The notes under the pieces were generated by a model. The model had not been told where the DNA came from. It worked only from the letters and a program-made list of their open reading frames with translations, and did no database searches. Of a stretch of 64,000 bases of DNA, positions 55,876 through 64,000 are shown in pieces. The stretch covers positions 18,940-82,939 of the forward strand of contig JAFSMS010000017.1 of NCBI GenBank assembly GCA_017447815.1, in the 5' to 3' direction. Numbering within the stretch: position 1 is the stretch's first letter; the number at the start of each line of letters is the position of its first letter. The stretch is from Bacteroidales bacterium. Lineage in GTDB: Bacteria; Bacteroidota; Bacteroidia; Bacteroidales; UBA932. The translations under genes were made by a program, and so were the position numbers.

Positions 55876-57756
55876 CTATGGGCTGCTTTCCCGGCCGATG
55901 CTCAGGAAATCGACCTTCGGCATCCGGAGCCGCTGTCCCCTTATATTTTCGGACATAACCTGGAGCATACCCGGGCGGCCGTGAACGGAGGCCTCAGTGC
56001 CCAGATGCTGCAAAACCGGAAATTCGCCGGCAAGCCGTCCCGGAACCAGGGGCTGGCCCTGGGCTGGTTCGGTATCGGCCGGAAAGTGCTTTACCTGACG
56101 GACGAGACACCCTCCTATACGCGCCATATCGGCATCCCCGACATGTACCGGGGCAATGAGCTCAAGGTGCAGGCCATCCAGAATCTGGAAGAAGGGCAGG
56201 AGGCCGGAATGGGACAGTATGGCCTGTTTGTCGCGGCCGGGCAGAGTTATGAACTGCGCACGGTGACCCGGGTGTCCCGCCCCTTGACCCTGACGGTGGA
56301 TATTACCGACCGTTTCGGGAAGAAGGTGTACGCCTCCAAAAAACTGAATCTGGCCCCGTCCGAAGACTGGGTGGTGAGCGAATTCACCCTGACGGCCTCT
56401 GACAGCGATACCGACGCTTCCATCCGCTATCATTTCGACCGGCAGGCCGAACTGGTCTTTGGTGCCGTCTCCATGCTGCCTGAGGGCCATTTCCACGGCA
56501 TGAGGGCCGATGTGGTGGAGAAACTGAAAGCCATCGGCCCCCGCATGCTGCGCTGGCCGGGCGGTAATTTTGCCGGAGAATACCGATGGAAAGACGGTTT
56601 GCTTCCCGTGGACCAGCGTGCGCCCCTCCAGGCCGCCATGGAGATAGAAACGCAGCCCTTTTCCTGGGGCTATGACTTCCACGAGATTGGCACCGATGAA
56701 TTCATGGCCTTGTGCCGGGAGGTGGGTGCCCAGCCGATGCTGACGCTGAACCTGGCTTGGAGTTCCCCGGAGGAAAGCGCGCAGTGGGTGGAATACTGCA
56801 ATGGCTCCGCCGATACGGAATACGGCCGCAGGCGTGCCGAAAACGGCCACCCCGAACCCTATCACGTGCGTTTCTGGTCTTTGGGCAACGAGATGGGGTA
56901 TGGTCACATGGAAGGCCCGCAGGGGTCATCGGCCTATGCAGAACTGGCCCAGCGGCATGTGGATGCCATGCTGGCGGTTTCGCCGGAGCTGGAACTGTGT
57001 TCTTCCGGTCCCTATCCCAATGACGACTGGGCCCGGCACAGTGCGGCACGGATGGCAGAGAAAGTGCACTACACTTCTGTCCACCACTATGCCAACCCTG
57101 CCGGCGGGCGCCATTTTGTGACGCCGGAGGAAACGGAAACCACGTATCGGGATATTGTGGCCTCGCTCGATGGCAATATCCATCAGGCCCGGAGAATGCG
57201 GGAAAGCCTGGATGCGACCGGAAAAAAGCTTCATATGTCCTTTGACGAATGGAACCAGTGGTATGCCTGGAACCGCCCCAGTTGCGTGGCCGAGGGCATC
57301 TATTCGGCCCGGGTGCTGCATTTCTACCTGAATGAGAGCAATGCGCTGGATATGCCGCTGGCCTGTTATTTCCAGCCGGTGGGGGAAGGTGCCATCCTCA
57401 TTACGCCTCAGGGGAGCCGTCTTACCGCCAATGGCCAGGTTTTCGCCCTGCTGAAAGCCCACCAGGACGGGATGCGCTGTCCGGTGAGCGGCAACGGGGA
57501 TTATTCCACGGCGGCAACGCTTAGGGACGGAGTCCTGACCGTAAGCTGGGTCAACGATTCCTACGATACGGACAGAACCTTTACCCTCCCGGTGAGAGGG
57601 GAGGTGTTGGAGGCTTCGCTTCTGTGCTCCGATGATGTCCGGCCGCATTCCTACTTTGAGGAGAAGGAGTTGCCGGTAAGCCGGCAGCGGAAAGCGGTGT
57701 CGGCCACTCTGCCGCCCCATAGCGTGGCCCTGATCCGTATTCGTCTGAAAAAATAG
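55798..57756 (+). CDS. GH51 alpha-L-arabinofuranosidase-like enzyme
   Basis: IFGHNLEH, LRWPGGNFA, GTDEF, WSLGNE (acid/base), SFDEWN (nucleophile), LPPHSV. True start may be TTG at 55834. Confidence 0.9.
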   Translation: MKCSLAWFTCTILRKLLIVSCLCSTALWAAFPADAQEIDLRHPEPLSPYIFGHNLEHTRAAVNGGLSAQMLQNRKFAGKPSRNQGLALGWFGIGRKVLYLTDETPSYTRHIGIPDMYRGNELKVQAIQNLEEGQEAGMGQYGLFVAAGQSYELRTVTRVSRPLTLTVDITDRFGKKVYASKKLNLAPSEDWVVSEFTLTASDSDTDASIRYHFDRQAELVFGAVSMLPEGHFHGMRADVVEKLKAIGPRMLRWPGGNFAGEYRWKDGLLPVDQRAPLQAAMEIETQPFSWGYDFHEIGTDEFMALCREVGAQPMLTLNLAWSSPEESAQWVEYCNGSADTEYGRRRAENGHPEPYHVRFWSLGNEMGYGHMEGPQGSSAYAELAQRHVDAMLAVSPELELCSSGPYPNDDWARHSAARMAEKVHYTSVHHYANPAGGRHFVTPEETETTYRDIVASLDGNIHQARRMRESLDATGKKLHMSFDEWNQWYAWNRPSCVAEGIYSARVLHFYLNESNALDMPLACYFQPVGEGAILITPQGSRLTANGQVFALLKAHQDGMRCPVSGNGDYSTAATLRDGVLTVSWVNDSYDTDRTFTLPVRGEVLEASLLCSDDVRPHSYFEEKELPVSRQRKAVSATLPPHSVALIRIRLKK

Positions 57757-57763
57757 AAAGCCT

Positions 57764-59644
57764 ATGAGAAACAGTTTGATAATCAGTTGTCTGTGTTTTT
57801 TGGTCGCGATGTCCTGTACGCAAAGGCAGGAGACTTCGGAAGGGGACCTGATGAGCGACACCTGGGTGGCTACGGATGCCCTGGGACGGCAGATGCCGCT
57901 GCCTCAGGACGTGGGCCCGGTGAAGGAGGGCCCTCACTTTGCCGGCATCTTCTACATTACCTGGCACGGCGCCGGGAATCATAACCTGTCCGGCCCCTAT
58001 ACGGATGTGACCAAAATCCTGCAGGAGGACCCGTCTGCCCGGCTGGACGCCCATCATCCGCTGTGGAAGTACGGTTCCTATCACTGGGGAGAGCCGGAGG
58101 CCGGTTATTTCCTGAGCCAAGACACCTGGCTCATGCGGCGGGACCTTTCCATGCTGCAGGATGCCGGCATCGACGTGCTCATCCTGGACGTTACCAACGG
58201 CGTCTGTTACTGGGATGAATGGGAACTGCTCCTGAGCACCATGGAGAAGATGCGCGCGGAAGGCAACCGCACGCCGCAGTTTACCTTCTGGTCCTACAAC
58301 AACAATCCCGTGAAGGTGGTGACGCAGCTTTATGAGCGGTATTACAAGGCCGAAAAATACAAGGACCTCTGGTTCCTTTGGGACGGAAAGCCCCTTCTTC
58401 TGTACAATGCCGACCCTTCCATCGATGCCAACGGCAATTACACCGCGCAGAAGGATGACTATCCGGCCGAAATCTTCGACTTCTTTACCCTCCGGAACAT
58501 GTGGTGGGGCTATTATGCCTGGGGGGCCGAGCATGAGCATTCCGAGATTCCCCGGTATGTGGGCACGGAAGACAACTGGAGTTTCGGCTATAGCATGGAC
58601 GATGAAAAGGTGAAGCGGATGCCCCCCGAAGAGCTGGCTTCCAAGCACCTCGGGAAAGTGGAGGAATGCGCCGTTACGCCCGCCCAGCATTCCCTGGGCA
58701 TGGCCGGGGCCCACATGGGCGTCGGCAAGTCCTGGACGCGGGTAGGCGGAGAGCCGGCCCTGAACGAGAGGGACCTGCCCGAGGATGAAAGCCTGTCCGG
58801 CCTGGGCCTTTATTTCCAGGAGCGTTGGGAAGACGCCCTGGCGGTGGATCCGCCTTTCATCTACCTGAACGACTGGAACGAGTGGACGGCCGGAAAATAC
58901 AACTTCGGGGACACCTGGTTCCTGGGCCGCGAGAACAGCCCGTTCGCCTTTGTGGACCAGTACAATGCCGAGTTCAACCGCACCATCCAGCCCATGAAGG
59001 GCGGCTATACGGACAATTATTACATGCAGATGGCCCGGAACATCCGCCGCTACAAAGGTGCCCGTCCCATTCCGGTGAACAAGGGCTTCCAGATCATCCG
59101 GGTGGACGGCTCGTTCAAGGACTGGGACAAGGTGAAGGTAACCTACCGCGACACGCGCGGGGATACGGCCTGGCGGGATGCCGACGGCTATGCCGGCCTG
59201 CATTATACCGACACTTCGGGCCGAAACGATATCATCGAAGCCAAGGTGGCCATCGACCGGAAAGGGAGCGTGCATTTCTTTGCGAAAACGACGGCCGACA
59301 TCACCTCTTCCGAAGGCTCCGACTGGATGCTCCTTCTTCTGGACGCCGATCAGGATGCCTCCACAGGCTGGCACGGGTACGATTTCGTGATGAACAGAAT
59401 CCCCGGCCGGCTTATGGCGTGGAACGGCACCGGATGGTCTCCTGTGGCCGATATTCCCTACGCCGTCTCCGGAAACGGTCTGGAACTTTCCATCCCGATG
59501 GAGCTCCTGCACCTGGGCGGAAGTGCCGTAAGCTTCGACTTCAAATGGGCCGACAACTGCGGACCGCTGGAAGACCCCATGTTCCTCGCCGGCGACGCCG
59601 CCCCCAACCGCCGCTTCAATTACCGTTTTATCTGGAAACGTTGA
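57764..59644 (+). CDS. Uncharacterised lipoprotein, probable GH99/GH71-like TIM-barrel hydrolase with C-terminal beta domain
   Basis: Lipobox AMSC; FYITWH, HWGEP..GY, AGIDVLILDVTN, WDGKPLLL, NDWNEW. Confidence 0.65.
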   Translation: MRNSLIISCLCFLVAMSCTQRQETSEGDLMSDTWVATDALGRQMPLPQDVGPVKEGPHFAGIFYITWHGAGNHNLSGPYTDVTKILQEDPSARLDAHHPLWKYGSYHWGEPEAGYFLSQDTWLMRRDLSMLQDAGIDVLILDVTNGVCYWDEWELLLSTMEKMRAEGNRTPQFTFWSYNNNPVKVVTQLYERYYKAEKYKDLWFLWDGKPLLLYNADPSIDANGNYTAQKDDYPAEIFDFFTLRNMWWGYYAWGAEHEHSEIPRYVGTEDNWSFGYSMDDEKVKRMPPEELASKHLGKVEECAVTPAQHSLGMAGAHMGVGKSWTRVGGEPALNERDLPEDESLSGLGLYFQERWEDALAVDPPFIYLNDWNEWTAGKYNFGDTWFLGRENSPFAFVDQYNAEFNRTIQPMKGGYTDNYYMQMARNIRRYKGARPIPVNKGFQIIRVDGSFKDWDKVKVTYRDTRGDTAWRDADGYAGLHYTDTSGRNDIIEAKVAIDRKGSVHFFAKTTADITSSEGSDWMLLLLDADQDASTGWHGYDFVMNRIPGRLMAWNGTGWSPVADIPYAVSGNGLELSIPMELLHLGGSAVSFDFKWADNCGPLEDPMFLAGDAAPNRRFNYRFIWKR

Positions 59645-59648
59645 TATC

Positions 59649-62480
59649 ATGAAAAAGGGAGTCTTCTTGCTTTTGACATTTCTTGGTTTTTCCGCCGCGG
59701 CCGCCGCGCAGACGGCCACCACCTTCGAAATGCGTTATTTCACCCCGGACGCATCCGCGAACGGCGTGACGGACTTCCATGGAGAGACCGAATGGTTTAC
59801 AACGCCCCAGCGCGTGGAGGTGCTGGGAAAATATGCCCGGTACGCTTCCCGCTTCTGGGGAGACCCGGGGCTGGATACGCCCCTTTTTGATGAGGGCGAA
59901 GTGGCCGGTGCCCTTTCCCGCATGAAGCCGCAGCCGCTCACCACCGTACGCCGGACCATCCCTTTGGAGCGGTGGCGGGCCGTGGGGTACAAGAAAGGCA
60001 AGGAGGCCGATGTTCAGCGCCGTCACCGGGCCTGGACGGCCGGTGGAGCCCGGATAGAAGCCGGTGCGCTGGTTCTGGACGGTGCCACGGCCGCTCCACC
60101 CATTGACCCCCTGGCGTGGCGTTTTCGCCTGAAAGCCTCCCTGTCCGGGGAATCTCGGGGCCTTGTGGTAAGTCTGGCCCATCCGGACGGAACGGCCACA
60201 GACGTCTCTGTTCCGTCCCTTGAGGAATTTGAGCTTTACGGCTCTGTCCCCGATGGCGTGCTGTTTCTCTCCAGTGGAGGGAAAACCTTGCGGGAACTGC
60301 CCCTGAAGGCGGCTGTCTGCGGGTTGACCCTTGCCGGAAAAGCGACGATAGACGCCATTTCCCTGTATGATTTTGTCCGCCACGGAGAGGACTCCGCCAC
60401 TTCGTATTGGAGCGAGATGGTTTTCGAGGAAGACTTCCAGCCCGTCCCGTCCATGGCTCACTGGCAGGAAAGCCGGTATGACGATTCGGCCTGGGAACCG
60501 GTGACCTTGCCGTCGGCCCATGGCGGTGCCTCGCAGGCGGGGGAAGACTATTACCTCCGCACCCGCTTGAAGGCCGATGCTTTCTCACAGGCGTTCCTGC
60601 ATCTGGATGCGCTGGATCCGGCTGGAGAGGTTTGGATCAACGGGCAGCCGGTAGCCGTCCTGAAAGGGCGCACGCCGTATCTGTTGGATGTCGCGGAATA
60701 CCTGCATCCCGGGGAGGAGAACCTGATTGCCGTGAAGGTGAAGCCTTTCTACACCGACCAAACGGTATTCCACGCTCCTTCGGACCACCACTTTGGCTGG
60801 TTTCTGGGAGAAGCATCCCTCCTTCTGACAGATACGCCCAACCGCATTGCGGATGTGTATTCCTGCACCGCCTCCCTGAAGGCAGAGGAAGCGGTTCAGC
60901 ATCATAGGATTACCCTCCGGAGAGAGGGGTATGACTTTTTCTCCGGCCGGCTCTGCATCCGTTATAGCCCGTGGTTCCCGGAAGAGGGAGCCGTCGTGGC
61001 CGAGGAGGAATTCCCCGTGGAATTGCGTCCCCGGGTGGATAATGTGATTGAACACGATGTGGCTGTGAAGGACCCCGCCCTCTGGAGTCCGGAAAAACCG
61101 CAGCTTTATCAGTTGGAAGTGATTCTGAAGGATGCGGAAGGAAAACCTGTCGATGACTGTGTCCTCACCACCGGCATCCGCCTCATTGAGCAGAAGGAAG
61201 GCGTGCTGTATGTGAACCATCGGCCCGAGGTGCTGGGCGGAGGACAGATTTTCGGCTACCGCCTGCCGCTGGAAACGGTGGCCCGTACGGTTTACTGTCC
61301 CCGTCCGGAGCAACTGATGCGGGAACTCCTGATGGCCAAGCGCCTGGGGAACCTTCTCCGCATCCACGTCCATGCGCGTACGTTGTCTCCGGAAGGCACC
61401 AATGACCCCCGCCTGGCCAGGTGGGCCGACCAGCTGGGCCTGTACCTGATCTGGCAGACGCCGGCCTGGACCCGGGAAGGGGAAGGCTGGAACGTGGATA
61501 TCGGCCATTATCCCGTGTATATGCGGGAGGTGTACAACCATCCGTCCATCGTGATGTGGGAGGCGGGCAACCATCCCAACTGGTTCCTCCGCCACGGCCC
61601 CCGCGAGACGCAGGACTATATGGCCGCCATCATCCCGGCCATCGCCCATACCGACAGCAGCCGGCTCATTTCCCCCACCACAGCCTGGAATGCCACGCAC
61701 TATGGCAATTATGAGGGGACGGTGGACCTGGAAGGGAATCCGCTGGAGCCGGAACCCTGGCTGATGCATCCGATGATGACGCGGGGTATCCAGGATTCCT
61801 ATTCGGGGTATGACAATCCCTGGAGCGAGATTCGGAATATGCCCAGTCCCTGGGCCAAATGGACCCTGGAGGCCAAGGATTTATGCTATTATAACTTCGA
61901 GCACGAGGAATCCATCGGCATGCCCAACTGGAACCTGGCCCGCAAGGAGCCCTGGTACCGGATAGACTCTTACGAGAAGAATTACGAGGACGGAAATATC
62001 GGCACGCGACTGACCTTTGACCAGTGGCGGGAGAGCCAGGCCTATCAGGCCTTCGGGGCCTGGGAGAGCATGAAGATGCAGCTTCTGATGGGAACCAGCG
62101 GCTTTTCCTGGTGTTCGCTGGAATCCGGCCCCAACATGTTCACCTACCAGAAGCCCCTGGTGGATGCCTTCTGCGTGCCCAAACTGGCCTTCCATGCCAA
62201 CCGGATGGCCTTCCAGCGCCTTTGGGCGGCCAGCGACAACGTGGATACGGTCTATGGCCCCTCGGACAGCATCACGCCGGTCGTCTTCAATCTGGACGGG
62301 GCCTGCACGGTACGGCTGGAGGTGCAGTTGCAGGATGAGAAGGGAAAAGTGCTGGAACGCAAGGTTTTCTCTCATGTGGATATTCCGGAGGGCCGGAGTG
62401 TAACCCGCCTGTCGCCGTTCCGGTTCCGCAGCCATCGTTCCGGATGCCATTTCATTGTCTATAAGCTGCAGTATGAATAA
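59649..62480 (+). CDS. GH2-like glycoside hydrolase with atypical acid/base position
   Basis: EVWING, LWSPEKPQLY, TGIR, LRIH, ADQLGL, NHPSIVMWEAGNH, DSSRLI. Confidence 0.75.
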   Translation: MKKGVFLLLTFLGFSAAAAAQTATTFEMRYFTPDASANGVTDFHGETEWFTTPQRVEVLGKYARYASRFWGDPGLDTPLFDEGEVAGALSRMKPQPLTTVRRTIPLERWRAVGYKKGKEADVQRRHRAWTAGGARIEAGALVLDGATAAPPIDPLAWRFRLKASLSGESRGLVVSLAHPDGTATDVSVPSLEEFELYGSVPDGVLFLSSGGKTLRELPLKAAVCGLTLAGKATIDAISLYDFVRHGEDSATSYWSEMVFEEDFQPVPSMAHWQESRYDDSAWEPVTLPSAHGGASQAGEDYYLRTRLKADAFSQAFLHLDALDPAGEVWINGQPVAVLKGRTPYLLDVAEYLHPGEENLIAVKVKPFYTDQTVFHAPSDHHFGWFLGEASLLLTDTPNRIADVYSCTASLKAEEAVQHHRITLRREGYDFFSGRLCIRYSPWFPEEGAVVAEEEFPVELRPRVDNVIEHDVAVKDPALWSPEKPQLYQLEVILKDAEGKPVDDCVLTTGIRLIEQKEGVLYVNHRPEVLGGGQIFGYRLPLETVARTVYCPRPEQLMRELLMAKRLGNLLRIHVHARTLSPEGTNDPRLARWADQLGLYLIWQTPAWTREGEGWNVDIGHYPVYMREVYNHPSIVMWEAGNHPNWFLRHGPRETQDYMAAIIPAIAHTDSSRLISPTTAWNATHYGNYEGTVDLEGNPLEPEPWLMHPMMTRGIQDSYSGYDNPWSEIRNMPSPWAKWTLEAKDLCYYNFEHEESIGMPNWNLARKEPWYRIDSYEKNYEDGNIGTRLTFDQWRESQAYQAFGAWESMKMQLLMGTSGFSWCSLESGPNMFTYQKPLVDAFCVPKLAFHANRMAFQRLWAASDNVDTVYGPSDSITPVVFNLDGACTVRLEVQLQDEKGKVLERKVFSHVDIPEGRSVTRLSPFRFRSHRSGCHFIVYKLQYE

Positions 62481-64000
62481 GGCGCTGGTCATACTTGTCG
62501 TTGCGCTGACGGTCGTTTCCTGTGGGGAACGTGCCGAGACCTGGCGGGTGAGCGAGCTGTGTTTCACGGCCTCCCGGAGCTATGCATCCGGGGGCGGAGA
62601 CCGGGTGAAGATGGATGTGGAGTTCTCCAGCAAAACCTCGGGCCAAACGCTTACCATTCCTGCCTTCTGGGATGGGGAAGACCGTTTTGTGGTGCGCTTC
62701 GCCCCTACGGAGCCCGGCCGGTGGACTTGGAAGAGCATCTGTTCCGACGACCCTGCCCTCCACGGGAAGAAAGGGACGCTCCACTGCCGGAAATATAGCG
62801 GCCCGCTGGAAATCTACCGGCATGGTTTTGTAAAGGCCAAAAAGGGCACGAAATACCTGATGTATGCCGATGGGACGCCGTTTTTCTACTTGGGTGACAC
62901 GCATTGGGGAATGTATACGGAGGACCTGTCCGACGAGCATTTCAAAAAGATTGTCCGGCGCCGCCTGGAGCAGGGTTTCACCGTTATCCAGAGCGAACCC
63001 ATCGGCGCCCCCTTCCATCTTGAGGACGGCCACGTGGATGCCGATGACATCGAAGGCTTCCGGAAGGCCGATGCCTACTATCAGTTCATAGCCGACGCCG
63101 GCCTTGTGCATGCGAACGCCGAGTTCTTCTTCCCCACCAGCCTCACCCGGGAACTGGCATCGGATGACGAGGCCCTGAAGGTCCTCTGCCGCTACTGGGT
63201 GGCCCGTTTCGGGGCCTACCCGGTCCTCTGGACCCTGGCGCAGGAGATTGACAATGACTCCTACGCCGAGCTGGGCGGCCGTTTCTTCGACTATACCGAC
63301 AATCCATGGGTGAAGATAGCGGAGTATCTCCATGCCGCGGACCCTTATTCCCATCCGCTCTCCGGCCATCAGGAAAACGCGGTGAATACCAGCGTTACCG
63401 GGGCCGGGACAGAGCCGGAAGAGTCGCATGCCGACGGGAACGGGGTATCGGCCTTCCTGCCGGAGCCGGTGTCCGAACGCACCGGCCATTCCTGGTGGGC
63501 GGCCCAGTGGTCTCCGTCGCTGCACGAGACGCCCACTCCGGACGCTATCCGCGATTATTGGCTCTCTTCCCGCCCGGCCGTGAACTATGAGGGAAGGTAT
63601 TGCGGCGTGTGGACCATGAACTTCGGCTCGCGGGCCCAGGGCTGGATTTCGTTCCTGTCCGGTTTCTGCGGCTACGGGTACGGAGCGGCCGATATCTGGC
63701 TTTACCACAGCGGCTTTGAAATGAACATCACCTCCTTCGACGGAGTGGAACACATTACTCCGGAGCTGAAAGCCATTCCCTGGCAGGAAGCCCTGGAATA
63801 TCCCAGCGCCCGGCAGATGATTCATCTGAAGAATCTGCTGGAATCCTTTGACTGGTGGAACCTGACGCCCGTCATTCCCGGGTCGCCTGTTTTCCGGAAT
63901 GATTCCAGTGCCGCCGTCTATGCCCGTACGCCCCGGCTGCATCTGCTCTATTTCTATGGAAAGGGGACGAAGACCGGGCGCATCTCAGGCCTGGCTCCCG
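62473..64000 (+). CDS. DUF5060/DUF4038 (apiosidase/GH140-like) lipoprotein, 3'-truncated by the window
   Basis: Not in the ORF track. Hand translation from ATG 62473: MNKALVILVVALTVVSC...PAFWDG..FVVRFAPTEPGRW...ADGTPFFYLGDTHW...RRLEQGF...RYWVARFGAYPVLW. Confidence 0.8.
   Translation, partial: MNKALVILVVALTVVSCGERAETWRVSELCFTASRSYASGGGDRVKMDVEFSSKTSGQTLTIPAFWDGEDRFVVRFAPTEPGRWTWKSICSDDPALHGKKGTLHCRKYSGPLEIYRHGFVKAKKGTKYLMYADGTPFFYLGDTHWGMYTEDLSDEHFKKIVRRRLEQGFTVIQSEPIGAPFHLEDGHVDADDIEGFRKADAYYQFIADAGLVHANAEFFFPTSLTRELASDDEALKVLCRYWVARFGAYPVLWTLAQEIDNDSYAELGGRFFDYTDNPWVKIAEYLHAADPYSHPLSGHQENAVNTSVTGAGTEPEESHADGNGVSAFLPEPVSERTGHSWWAAQWSPSLHETPTPDAIRDYWLSSRPAVNYEGRYCGVWTMNFGSRAQGWISFLSGFCGYGYGAADIWLYHSGFEMNITSFDGVEHITPELKAIPWQEALEYPSARQMIHLKNLLESFDWWNLTPVIPGSPVFRNDSSAAVYARTPRLHLLYFYGKGTKTGRISGLAP

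Noticed and set aside
59635-59655. TTGATATCA at the 59644/59649 junction, and TAGTTGAT near 20993 and 23072, as further copies of the palindrome module
   Set aside because: Central spacing or outer TAA/TTA arms do not match, and flanks show no similarity to the 112-bp module.
1-64000. tRNA, rRNA, riboswitch or CRISPR array
   Set aside because: None recognised; intergenic spaces are short and mostly explained by promoters and terminators. An Infernal/tRNAscan run would be needed to exclude small RNAs.

Overview
High-GC Bacteroidales-type chromosome segment, inferred from the SusC/SusD pair, TAnnTTTG promoters and lack of obvious Shine-Dalgarno sites. 1-12.8 kb is housekeeping: partial serC, a YigZ-family gene, miaA, metG, dnaG, a DUF3127-like gene, an FKBP, recQ and an M16 peptidase split into two ORFs. 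12.9-16 kb is a junction holding an orphan alkaline-phosphatase-family/PA14 lipoprotein, an AT-richer Rpn-type PD-(D/E)XK nuclease and a tyrosine-integrase relic. From 16.1 kb to the window end is one large + strand polysaccharide utilisation locus (PUL): SusC, SusD, a beta-helix lipoprotein, an XylR/AraC regulator and 18 secreted enzyme genes (GH106 x2, GH92, GH3 domains x3, GH28, CE15, GH127, GH78, GH43 x2, GH51, GH2-like, GH99-like x2, DUF5060/DUF4038, three phosphoesterases), several of them fusions. The most unusual signal is a 112-bp ungapped module, 78/112 identical, containing two degenerate 25-bp palindromes. It sits right after the upstream stop codon and supplies the 5' region and signal peptide of two unrelated enzyme genes, with a partial third copy. 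Other notable points are a PA14 tail shared by unrelated enzymes, an unassigned clan-D-like domain, a GH28-CE15 fusion and a GH2-like protein with His at the acid/base position. All family calls come from motif recognition by eye; no searches were run.
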